DNA of 64,000 nt, taken from IMG/VR virus record IMGVR_UViG_3300020577_006271, positions 1-64,000 of that record; one strand, written 5' to 3'. This document shows positions 29,689 to 38,393 of the stretch, one piece after another. Both the position numbers and the translations under genes were made by a program. The notes below the pieces were generated by a model, which was not told the DNA's origin, made no database searches, and worked only from the letters and a program-made list of their open reading frames with translations. Within the stretch, counting starts at the first letter, position 1, and each line of letters begins with the position of its first letter. Origin of the DNA: a virus (Duplodnaviria > Caudoviricetes).

Positions 29689-30057
29689 TTACTTTTTTGT
29701 TGTTTTATTAATAGTTGTCGTTGGTTGGGATGGAGTTATTTCCACGTCAATTTGTGTTTCTTCCTTTACCGGTTCAATAACTGGAATAGATTTTGCTGTT
29801 TTAGTTTTAGCAATTTCTGGCAAACGTTTAAATGTTGGGAATCGTTTCTGCAATATTGCTACTTCAGTTTTCGCTGTGATATCTGGTACTCCAGATCTTA
29901 AAATTTCTACGTTCACATTCATAGTAATATGATTATGACTTTTTGATAAATAGGTATCCGAAAATAACTCACTTGGATCAGTTCGGTAATCACTATCTTC
30001 TACGGCGGCAAAATAAAATTCGCCGGTTTTAAAATTTGTACATTTTATGACTTTCAT
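29689..30057 (-). CDS. Hypothetical protein
   Basis: ORF track; variant motif AACTAATTAT at 30074-30083. Confidence 0.6.
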   Translation of the reverse strand: MKVIKCTNFKTGEFYFAAVEDSDYRTDPSELFSDTYLSKSHNHITMNVNVEILRSGVPDITAKTEVAILQKRFPTFKRLPEIAKTKTAKSIPVIEPVKEETQIDVEITPSQPTTTINKTTKK

Positions 30058-30091
30058 ATATTCTTCTTTTAAAATAATTAGTTTAATGCTT

Positions 30092-31465
30092 TTAAAAATC
30101 CACTTTACCTGACAACGATTTATACTTATTTGCTAATTTTAGTCGTTCGTAATCTTTACTGGTGGTCATGGTATTCTGTACTTCCTTTCCTTCCTTGGTT
30201 GATTCATTATACATTTCTATAATTCCTCTATACGTATCAATTGAAACCGGCAAGGTTAACCCATCTGGGCCAAACCGGTTTTTAATAATATGTGATCTAG
30301 CTGTATTGGATGCTTTATCCTGAACTTTTCTAGATATCGACATTGCAAAGTCTGCTGTAAATATTTTTCCGAATGCTCCGGCTACTTTATCGGCCTCAAG
30401 TATATCTGAATTGTATGATTCCCGTGAACCTTGTGATGCCGACCAAATAGGAAGTTTTTCTTCTCCTGCTAATCCCCTAGCGTCTTCATAATGTGCAGTT
30501 AATGCCAGGTGGTTTTCAGAATTTACTGGCAACTTCATGATATCTAAATAATCAATTATAACCAGGTCTGGATTTCCAAATTCTGATAATCTCACTTTAT
30601 TGATATAACCTTTCAACCCTGCCATCGAAAGTGACTTAGTGGGAAACCATTTAATTTTTAGTTTACCCGGCAAATTATCCATTTTTTTCTTAACAACATC
30701 AGCAGTTAAATTTATAGATGCAGTGCTTGTAAAAATTGAATCATACCGCAATCCAGTGTACAATTCATCTAATTCTAAGGTAACATGTAAAACCTTAAAT
30801 CCTTGTTTAACAGCAGAAGCACCGATGTGCATCAATAACCAAGACTTTCCAGATCCAGTAGCCCCAACCACAACGCCCAATTCACCAGCACCCAAGCCGC
30901 CTTTCATCAATTCATTAACCACTGTCCAGCCTGTAGGAATTGTATTTCTAATATTTTCAGAATACCTTCTATTAATGGCGTCTTCCGATGTATAATCTTC
31001 TCCTAAATCGGATGATTGCCCAACCATCAGTGCATCGTCTATACACTTCTTAATCAGATGTGTTTTTCCTGCCTTTATATAATCAACAGAATCTAGTATT
31101 GCTTGTTTTAAAGCTTGGTTTGCACAAAATTGAATTGTGGTATTTTGAATAAACTCTAAATCTGTAGAATCTGAAGATCTAGCAGAATCTCTTAGTATTG
31201 ATTTAATCTCAGATTTAAGTGTATCATCCTTAGTAGTAAATTCAGATAGCTTAACCTTAAATACATCTAAGTTAGGTGGCGAATGATATTGCTTGTAATA
31301 TTCTAGAATATTTTGGATCGTCCATTTAAACCCTTCTGATTCAAAATAGTCTGATTTTATAATATCGTATGAAGTTGCAATAAAATTATTGCTAACTAAT
31401 AATGATGCGATTAATTTACATTGAAAATCGTATCCATAATTACTGATTAAGTCTGTTTGCTGCAT
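30092..31465 (-). CDS. Replicative DNA helicase (DnaB / T4 gp41-like)
   Basis: GATGSGKS, TLEL, IIDYLD, WSASQ, KNRFG. Confidence 0.92.
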   Translation of the reverse strand: MQQTDLISNYGYDFQCKLIASLLVSNNFIATSYDIIKSDYFESEGFKWTIQNILEYYKQYHSPPNLDVFKVKLSEFTTKDDTLKSEIKSILRDSARSSDSTDLEFIQNTTIQFCANQALKQAILDSVDYIKAGKTHLIKKCIDDALMVGQSSDLGEDYTSEDAINRRYSENIRNTIPTGWTVVNELMKGGLGAGELGVVVGATGSGKSWLLMHIGASAVKQGFKVLHVTLELDELYTGLRYDSIFTSTASINLTADVVKKKMDNLPGKLKIKWFPTKSLSMAGLKGYINKVRLSEFGNPDLVIIDYLDIMKLPVNSENHLALTAHYEDARGLAGEEKLPIWSASQGSRESYNSDILEADKVAGAFGKIFTADFAMSISRKVQDKASNTARSHIIKNRFGPDGLTLPVSIDTYRGIIEMYNESTKEGKEVQNTMTTSKDYERLKLANKYKSLSGKVDF

Positions 31466-32498
31466 GGATTTCGATTTTTGTGAAGGCTGTATTTAGCCAT
31501 TGATCCGGATCCTTAATTTGTAGGTGGAGTCTGTCTTCTACCAACATTTTTCTAAATTTTAATCGATTTAATCGGGTCACACCGCCTTCTAATGAATCGT
31601 GTATTTTTAATTTGGCTTCACCGCTTATATCAACATCGTCTAATTGCATTAATCTAAAATTCAAATTAATTTTATCTTCTGAATCTACGATTGTTTTGAA
31701 AATTTTCTTTTTTGATTTGTTGTCAACTTCAATTTTAGATTTTAGTAATAAATCATCGACAGTAAATTCAGTATTAACCAATTCCGGGAAAGTCTTAATA
31801 AGTGTTGCTATACCTACTCCTTTAACTCCAGGTATATCGTCTGATGTATCTCCATCTATTGTCCTATAGGTTATCATGTTTTCAGGAATTATTCCAAACC
31901 GTTCTTTTATTCCATTGACATCATATAGTTTTTTTTGAACTGGATTATATACATTTACATGCTCTGTAATTAATTGAAAGAAATCCTTATCAGATGATAC
32001 GATCACCGATTTGTGACTGGCGCACTTATTTTTAATTATCCAAGCAATGGTATCATCGGCCTCAACACCCGAAATCGAAAGAACATAAATCGGCAGAATA
32101 TTTAGATATTCAATTATTCGTCGAAACTGTTTAATCATCGATTGTTGTTCATCTTCTAAATTTTTAAATTCGTCGAATCGGTTAAACGTTTTAATTTTTG
32201 TAGAACGGCCTGCTTTATATCCCGGAAATAATTTCTTTCTACGAGCCGAACCGCCTTTTTCGTCAAATATAATAATTGCTCGTGTTGGCTGGAATTGACT
32301 TATAAGAAACCGAAGTGATCTAAGAAACCCTATCAATCCACCCACATGTTCACCGTTATCATTTAACGCTGGAACGGCTGTGAACACCCGTATAAACATA
32401 TTGGTACCATCGATCAGGAGAGTTTTTTCACCCCCCTGATCTGATACTCTGTCGTTGACTATGGTGTTATAAAGATCCTTAAGATTAGTCTTGGTCAT
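31440..32498 (-). CDS. 5'-3' exonuclease / flap endonuclease (T4 RNase H-like)
   Basis: LIDG.N, YKAGR, EADD, SSDKDF.Q, GDTSDDIPGVKGVG. Confidence 0.93.
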   Translation of the reverse strand: MTKTNLKDLYNTIVNDRVSDQGGEKTLLIDGTNMFIRVFTAVPALNDNGEHVGGLIGFLRSLRFLISQFQPTRAIIIFDEKGGSARRKKLFPGYKAGRSTKIKTFNRFDEFKNLEDEQQSMIKQFRRIIEYLNILPIYVLSISGVEADDTIAWIIKNKCASHKSVIVSSDKDFFQLITEHVNVYNPVQKKLYDVNGIKERFGIIPENMITYRTIDGDTSDDIPGVKGVGIATLIKTFPELVNTEFTVDDLLLKSKIEVDNKSKKKIFKTIVDSEDKINLNFRLMQLDDVDISGEAKLKIHDSLEGGVTRLNRLKFRKMLVEDRLHLQIKDPDQWLNTAFTKIEIHAANRLNQ

Positions 32499-33678
32499 CT
32501 TCGTCTATTTCAATATCGTCAATGCCATAATCATCACCATTTTTGTATGTCATTATATACTGATCGCAGACTTGATTATATATATGATCTTTCAGTTCTG
32601 GATTACGCATCATGATGCCTTTAAATTCCCTAGATTGAAATTTTAATTCATTAAGTTTAGCTATAGCTCCTTCAGAATCCACAATGTCCATTTCTGGAAA
32701 ATTAAGTGTGTAATATGCGCCTGCCTGTCTAATTAATGAAAATTCTTTAAGGGTCGTTAACCAAGACCCATAATTATCTACACCAGATTCATAGAATATA
32801 TCAAACTTAACTTGTTTCAACGGTGGACCTAAACGGTTCTTAAAGACCTTTGCTGATGTCTTTATTCCCACCACATTATCTACCCCATTAACTTTCTTTT
32901 TGATCTTTCCTTCGCTGGTTAATCTAATTCTAATGGTGGCGTGAAATCCTATGGCTTTACCACCTGACGTTACCCATTTTTCGGCCCCAAATCCCATTGC
33001 TCCAACATTTGCTCGTAACTGATTAGTAAATATTAAGAGAATATTTCTAGAACCTAACATCCTAGTAATTTTTCTCATGCCTTTACTCAGTATCAGGGCT
33101 TTCTGTGTAGCATATCCATCTTTATCATATCCGGCAGCCGCTTCTATTTTTGTAGTGGTTGCCATTACGGAATCGACTACAATTGTAACCGGAATCGTTT
33201 TATCCGCGGTCCTCACTTGGACTATTATCTTTTCAATTGCCTCAAACACATCTTCGATATGATTTAATGGCACATACATTAATTTAGAATTGTCAATCCC
33301 AATTGCCTGCATATACTCAACCGATACTGCATTCTCAGTGTCTATAAAGACAGCAATTCCACCTTGTTTTTGTGTATCCTTTAGAGCGTACGCAGCCAAT
33401 AAACTCTTCCCCGTTCCTTCAAGACCGGTGATTTCTACGATTCTACCAACCGGATATCCACCGCCTTTTTTATTGGCCATCGCAATATCTAATATATCAA
33501 GTCCTGACGAAACATAATCGGTTACCTTAGCAAATAACGTTGGGTCATCCAAAAAGTAGGATGCGCTTTCGCCACCGAGTTCTTTAGCAAAAGACTTGTT
33601 CAAGTCAGTTATTAAGGAACCGATAATGTTATGCACGTCAGGGCTTTCGATTTTTGTAATCGTTTTTCCCTTAGCCAT
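32485..33678 (-). CDS. uvsX: RecA/UvsX recombinase
   Basis: GLEGTGKS, FIDTENA, VVDSV, NQLR, GGKAIGFHA, KNRLGPP. Confidence 0.93.
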   Translation of the reverse strand: MAKGKTITKIESPDVHNIIGSLITDLNKSFAKELGGESASYFLDDPTLFAKVTDYVSSGLDILDIAMANKKGGGYPVGRIVEITGLEGTGKSLLAAYALKDTQKQGGIAVFIDTENAVSVEYMQAIGIDNSKLMYVPLNHIEDVFEAIEKIIVQVRTADKTIPVTIVVDSVMATTTKIEAAAGYDKDGYATQKALILSKGMRKITRMLGSRNILLIFTNQLRANVGAMGFGAEKWVTSGGKAIGFHATIRIRLTSEGKIKKKVNGVDNVVGIKTSAKVFKNRLGPPLKQVKFDIFYESGVDNYGSWLTTLKEFSLIRQAGAYYTLNFPEMDIVDSEGAIAKLNELKFQSREFKGIMMRNPELKDHIYNQVCDQYIMTYKNGDDYGIDDIEIDEDDQD

Positions 33679-33689
33679 TTAATTTAATT

Positions 33690-34487
33690 TTATTTAAACA
33701 TGTTTGCAAATTCATCGTCTAAATCAGTTAAATTTGTTGATTTAGGAGCTGATGTTGCTGTTTTAGTAACCTGTGAAGCTGTAGATGTTGTTGTAGTTTG
33801 GTCGGTATCATCTTCTTCTAAGACTGTATCAGTTGAACTTTCTTTTGGACCTTCTAAGAATATCTGTAATTTCCTGTCGAGTTCTTCGTAAGTCATAGTC
33901 TTAAATAACGTTTTGACATCTGGCATTTCTTTGATCATTTCCAGCACTTCTTTAGAGTCAGTGACTTTAGATGTCGCCATTTTTGGCCGCAACGTAATTG
34001 TTGGATAAGCATCTGCACCAGCGGCTGGAGTATAATCTACACTGAAGTCTCTACCTGATTTTAAATCTGTGAAGTCTCCGAAATCTTCTTCGTTAGCAAA
34101 TTTTAACAATGCTTCATAAATAGTCTTTGAAAATCCCCAGAATTTAACGCCTTCGGTTTCTTCGCCTCTAATTAGGATTGGCGCGAACCATCTTGTAGTT
34201 GAATGAATCTTTCGGCTTGCTAAGAAGTCTTCTCTGTCGCCAGTCGATTTAAGTTTGTCTGCAAATTCGTTAATTGGGTCAGGCTTTCCAAAACTATTTG
34301 GAGATAATACAGAACCATTAGTAATGTCATAATGGAATTGTAATTCTGTGATTGGCCATTCTGGATCGTATGCGTACGGTAAAAAACGAATGACTTGTGT
34401 GTTCTTTTTTGGTCTCCAGATGCTGTTTGAGCCCTGACTACCACCTTTAAGAGAATCTAACTTCTCTTGAATTAGTTTTAAATTCAT
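33690..34487 (-). CDS. Single-stranded DNA-binding protein (gp32-like)
   Basis: IRFLP, VKFWGF, GDFTD...GRD, acidic C-terminus DLDDEFANMF. Confidence 0.8.
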   Translation of the reverse strand: MNLKLIQEKLDSLKGGSQGSNSIWRPKKNTQVIRFLPYAYDPEWPITELQFHYDITNGSVLSPNSFGKPDPINEFADKLKSTGDREDFLASRKIHSTTRWFAPILIRGEETEGVKFWGFSKTIYEALLKFANEEDFGDFTDLKSGRDFSVDYTPAAGADAYPTITLRPKMATSKVTDSKEVLEMIKEMPDVKTLFKTMTYEELDRKLQIFLEGPKESSTDTVLEEDDTDQTTTTSTASQVTKTATSAPKSTNLTDLDDEFANMFK

Positions 34488-34542
34488 AAGTGTTAAAATG
34501 TGTTTTAAGTAATAAAAATGTTTATGTGTGTAATTGTTATGT

Positions 34543-34573
34543 AATATACAAAAAATTATTCAATTATCCAAAT
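34543..34573 (-). promoter_or_regulatory. Class II promoter, identical 31-bp copy A
   Basis: aatatacaaaaaattattcaattatccaaat; minus strand TTTG...TATATT. Confidence 0.75.
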
Positions 34574-34605
34574 ATTTCTTCAATTATTTTGAATTAAATG
34601 TCATA

Positions 34606-35079
34606 TTAAGGTTTTTTATATTGTATTCGGGGTGGATATATTTTTAGTGATTGACGCAATACGGGTGTTCCTCTTACTACATCACTTGTCCAAGGGTGAA
34701 CTTGCGCAGTATTTAAATTATAATTTGCAGCCAATTTTTTTGCCAAAAGTGTAACTTCTACACCAGTGTTTCCATTTGTGACGTCAATCCATTTACCTAA
34801 TGCATTTTTATATTCCTTCGGATAATAAATATGTATGGTAACAGAATCCCAAGAATCGAACTGTTCTCCATATTCAACAAATATGCTTTTCGCATAACTT
34901 TCGCCGTGTGCCTGAGTTAATTCCGCTTTGATATCTCTTAAATATAATTCAATCTTTTGTAATTCAGCTTTAATTCCCGCAAGTGATGCTTCATAATATC
35001 TAGAAAATCTATCAAAGATCTCATTGTTCACTTCATTAAAAGTTGCATTTTCGTTTAAAATATTTTTAAATTTAATCAT
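34606..35079 (-). CDS. Putative internal head protein, leader MIKFKNILNE
   Basis: Shared N-terminal leader. Confidence 0.7.
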   Translation of the reverse strand: MIKFKNILNENATFNEVNNEIFDRFSRYYEASLAGIKAELQKIELYLRDIKAELTQAHGESYAKSIFVEYGEQFDSWDSVTIHIYYPKEYKNALGKWIDVTNGNTGVEVTLLAKKLAANYNLNTAQVHPWTSDVVRGTPVLRQSLKIYPPRIQYKKP

Positions 35080-35193
35080 GTTATCTTTATATTTTAATTT
35101 AATTTTAAAATCATTTTATCTATCAAATTTTGTCTAGAATCTATGTTAAACAAAAATTTGTTTATTTTACTTCGAAGCTTATTACAGGCTGAA

Positions 35194-35224
35194 AATATAC
35201 AAAAAATTATTCAATTATCCAAAT
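35194..35224 (-). promoter_or_regulatory. Class II promoter, identical 31-bp copy B
   Basis: Exact match to 34543-34573. Confidence 0.75.
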
Positions 35225-35234
35225 TATTTGTCAA

Positions 35235-36011
35235 TTATTTTAAATTAAATATTAAATTATTTATTTGATCTTGCCTCTTGTCAGCTCTGTTTAAATATGA
35301 TTTGATTTTATTTCCAAAATTTTGCAAAGTAGTAAATATTCTATCAAAAATTCCTTCGTTTAACGTCAATGATTCTCCAACATTAACGGAGAGTCGCCTT
35401 TTAGCCCCAGCCTTTACTACGTCAGCTGATGCAATTACCGATGCTTCTTTAATTAATCCATCAATTGTAGTTTTTAAATCAGCATTTTGTGCCAATAATA
35501 ATTCCACGACCTTCTGATAATCAGTAGAAATTATATCTCCAGCTTTTGTAATTACTTTGTCTTGGTTTGTCTCAGTTAATTTACTTAATGTAAAGGAACT
35601 ATTAAGACATTCGACAGTTAAAGTCATTGCCTTTTCACCATCATCAAATATATCAACTACCTTTTCACGAATTTTATTATGTAATTCTTCTTCTTGGGCA
35701 GCGACTTGATTTTTCAGCTCGTTTAATTCGCGTTTCTTTTCTTCAAATAGTGATACTGATTTATCCAATGCTTGCCAAGACTTGGCCAATGATGTAAAGG
35801 CTGCTGCCTTTTGGGCAGAAACTGTTGCAATAACTTTATCCTTTTTAACTTCATATGAAGCATAGGTATTATCTCTGGCTTCAACTATATAATCATTTAC
35901 ATTTTCAGTTTTTAATGTATGATTAATTGTTGCAATTATTTTATTATAATCTGGAGATTGTCCTGGATATAATAAATGTATATTCTCTGCTATTTTATCT
36001 ATTAATTTCAT
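35235..36011 (-). CDS. Coiled-coil protein with several (I/L/V)-x-E sites
   Basis: IAE, IVEA, VGES, LNEG. Confidence 0.6.
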   Translation of the reverse strand: MKLIDKIAENIHLLYPGQSPDYNKIIATINHTLKTENVNDYIVEARDNTYASYEVKKDKVIATVSAQKAAAFTSLAKSWQALDKSVSLFEEKKRELNELKNQVAAQEEELHNKIREKVVDIFDDGEKAMTLTVECLNSSFTLSKLTETNQDKVITKAGDIISTDYQKVVELLLAQNADLKTTIDGLIKEASVIASADVVKAGAKRRLSVNVGESLTLNEGIFDRIFTTLQNFGNKIKSYLNRADKRQDQINNLIFNLK

Positions 36012-36016
36012 AATTT

Positions 36017-37285
36017 TTAAGTTGTGTAATATGGAATCATCTGTCCATATGATTTGCCGTAATTGATAGTACCAACAAATTTGTCTCGATAAATAATATT
36101 TGAAATTCCTTTAATTGTTTCTGGACCATCATCTTTATTAATGTTCAGTAAAAAGGAATCATAAGTATATAAGATTATCTTACTTTTCTTATTTAATAAA
36201 TAGTTTAAAAGTTGTTTAATTGTTAATGAATTGAACTCAGTTTCGAAATTTTGTAATAAATAATTGAACAATTTGTGTTCAGGCAAGTTTTTACCCAATC
36301 CGATGGGTCTTTGGAAAATTACAGATCTAATAAATCCGTTGAATTTATATTCATTATACAGTTTTTCCCTGTATTTTGACACTTCTTTATAAAATGGAAT
36401 TTTTAAGTGCGCTTCGTCAATTGTTCCATAAACTGCCCTAAATGATATCGCTTTGGCTTCATCATATTGTGCTTGGTTTAAAAATGCAGTTCCAAAATAC
36501 TGTGATCCAAAATATTCATGTAAATTTCCTTCTGGCAACTCATAATTAATTAATTTAGAGATCAACCTAATATGGAAAGCTGAATAGTCCCATTCCATTA
36601 ATATTGAGTCGTCGTCTGGAATAATAATATTCCTGGTTCCATCACTTTTATTTAATGCAGCAAGATTAAATCCATGATCTGTATTAGATGGTCGCCCAGT
36701 TGTTGTATATAATTTATAATTTGACCATAATCGATTGGTTTTAATATGTGTTTTAACTTTAATGTGAGTTCGATCAATATTACAACCTGGCATTTCTATG
36801 GCCTTAAATACATTAAATACATTATTGTTATATTGAACAAACAAATCCTTATCAAAATTTAAATCTTTGAATTTACCGATAAATTTAAGTTTTATTTCTC
36901 TGGCATAATCCAATAATATTGTAAATGGAATAAACCGATAATCTAGTTTTCCTAGAATTTTTTTATAGAAATTAAATTTAATGGCATCAAAATTTGGAAG
37001 TTGTTCTTCGGTCAGCCACCAATAACATAATTCTAAATCGTAATTATTAGACAATTTCATTAAATCCTGACGATACACATAACAATCACTTATTTCTGGT
37101 GTTATTTCGGTTTTTGGAAAGTCATTATGCTTGAAATTAATTATATGTTCTTTTTCAGTTAATAAATTATACGAATAATATGCTACTAGGCTTGTTTTCG
37201 TACGATCTGTTGAACTTTCATTAATGAAGGGTATAATTACATTGCCTATAGGATTAAAGTCTGTTAGATCAAAGATATTTAGCAT
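36017..37285 (-). CDS. Compact family A DNA polymerase
   Basis: TTGRPSN, motif A DYSAFHIR, motif B AKAISFRAVYG, NY.LQ, motif C YDS. Confidence 0.8.
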   Translation of the reverse strand: MLNIFDLTDFNPIGNVIIPFINESSTDRTKTSLVAYYSYNLLTEKEHIINFKHNDFPKTEITPEISDCYVYRQDLMKLSNNYDLELCYWWLTEEQLPNFDAIKFNFYKKILGKLDYRFIPFTILLDYAREIKLKFIGKFKDLNFDKDLFVQYNNNVFNVFKAIEMPGCNIDRTHIKVKTHIKTNRLWSNYKLYTTTGRPSNTDHGFNLAALNKSDGTRNIIIPDDDSILMEWDYSAFHIRLISKLINYELPEGNLHEYFGSQYFGTAFLNQAQYDEAKAISFRAVYGTIDEAHLKIPFYKEVSKYREKLYNEYKFNGFIRSVIFQRPIGLGKNLPEHKLFNYLLQNFETEFNSLTIKQLLNYLLNKKSKIILYTYDSFLLNINKDDGPETIKGISNIIYRDKFVGTINYGKSYGQMIPYYTT

Positions 37286-37286
37286 T

Positions 37287-37496
37287 TTAATTTAAAAGTT
37301 CAACTTCTACAATGTTCTCGCCATTTAAGTTTTTTCTATTAATACCTTTAATGACATTCGGGAATTTTGCCGCCCAGACTTCTAAATCATTGAATTGACC
37401 AGGTCTAAAATTAATAAGGGCTTCTTGTGAACTACCCACCCACGGCAGAGCTGATGAGTGGGCTTTCGCTCCCGTTATGTAAATCGTGGTTGTCAT
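37287..37496 (-). CDS. Small ORF containing a 52-bp IS605-derived segment
   Basis: ITGAKAHSSALPWVGSS is encoded by the IS remnant. Confidence 0.4.
   Translation of the reverse strand: MTTTIYITGAKAHSSALPWVGSSQEALINFRPGQFNDLEVWAAKFPNVIKGINRKNLNGENIVEVELLN
37427..37478 (-). mobile_element. 52-bp non-autonomous IS200/IS605 remnant (fused left/right end)
   Basis: gtgaactacccacccacg identical to IS right end at 3534; other side resembles IS left end; TTTAC flank. Confidence 0.8.
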
Positions 37497-37543
37497 TATT
37501 TTTAATTACATCGATTAAATTAAACCCGCCTGTAAAATATACT

Positions 37544-37774
37544 TCAGGATTTTTTCCTCCATAATTTAAGTTCATCATCTACATATGTATATTCATATTT
37601 AAACCTATCAATATCAACTTCTGCTAAGAATTTAAAATCTATTTCATATACATAGGGATTTTCTCTGTCAATTAAAACAGTGTAAAACTTATCACCAGTG
37701 TTTATTTTACGATATAATGTAGAAAGTTCTTTGTTGGCGACACCAACTGACATTTCAAAATCTGGACTATTCAT
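37544..37774 (-). CDS. Hypothetical protein
   Basis: Start MNSPD after class II promoter 37799-37828. Confidence 0.6.
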   Translation of the reverse strand: MNSPDFEMSVGVANKELSTLYRKINTGDKFYTVLIDRENPYVYEIDFKFLAEVDIDRFKYEYTYVDDELKLWRKKS

Positions 37775-37798
37775 GTAACATTTATTTTTATTAGTTAC

Positions 37799-37828
37799 AA
37801 TATACAAAAAATATTTCAGATTACCAAA
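37799..37828 (-). promoter_or_regulatory. Class II promoter
   Basis: aatatacaaaaaatatttcagattaccaaa. Confidence 0.65.
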
Positions 37829-37835
37829 CTTTTAA

Positions 37836-38393
37836 TTAGATAAATTCAAAAATATTTGTTAAATATAAATTCAATCCTGGAATCTTTTTATTCAGTTTAT
37901 CAATTTCTTTTTGGTTTTTGATTGATGCAACTGTTTTATTTAAATACCACATAAGAAATCCTCCTGCATATCTAGTTGCGTCAATACCTTCTACGTTTGT
38001 ATAATTTAATGATAAATATTGACCTAAATCAACTTCGATGATCCTAAGATCATTAGGATTAGTTGACTTTAAAAAATAACGTTCAATAAAACCAGTTTCA
38101 ATATCATATTTGCTGATGATTGGATAGTATGGAATTGGTTCGATATAATTTGATATTTTTTTAACCAATGACTTCTTGAATAACTGCGTTAACTTATTAT
38201 CAGGAACTATTTTATTTTTTCTAAACAGTTGTCTAGATGTTATTCCAGGATTAAACTCAGACCAAAAGGTATCATTTGGATATCGGTGATATGGACCAAT
38301 ATAATCTTTGCCGGCATTATCGGTCAATTCGTTGCCTGCTGTATATAACCCAGTTAAAATTTGGTTGTCATTATAATAAATTGGGTTTGACAT
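37836..38393 (-). CDS. Hypothetical, probably virion-associated protein
   Basis: End of baseplate operon. Confidence 0.55.
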   Translation of the reverse strand: MSNPIYYNDNQILTGLYTAGNELTDNAGKDYIGPYHRYPNDTFWSEFNPGITSRQLFRKNKIVPDNKLTQLFKKSLVKKISNYIEPIPYYPIISKYDIETGFIERYFLKSTNPNDLRIIEVDLGQYLSLNYTNVEGIDATRYAGGFLMWYLNKTVASIKNQKEIDKLNKKIPGLNLYLTNIFEFI

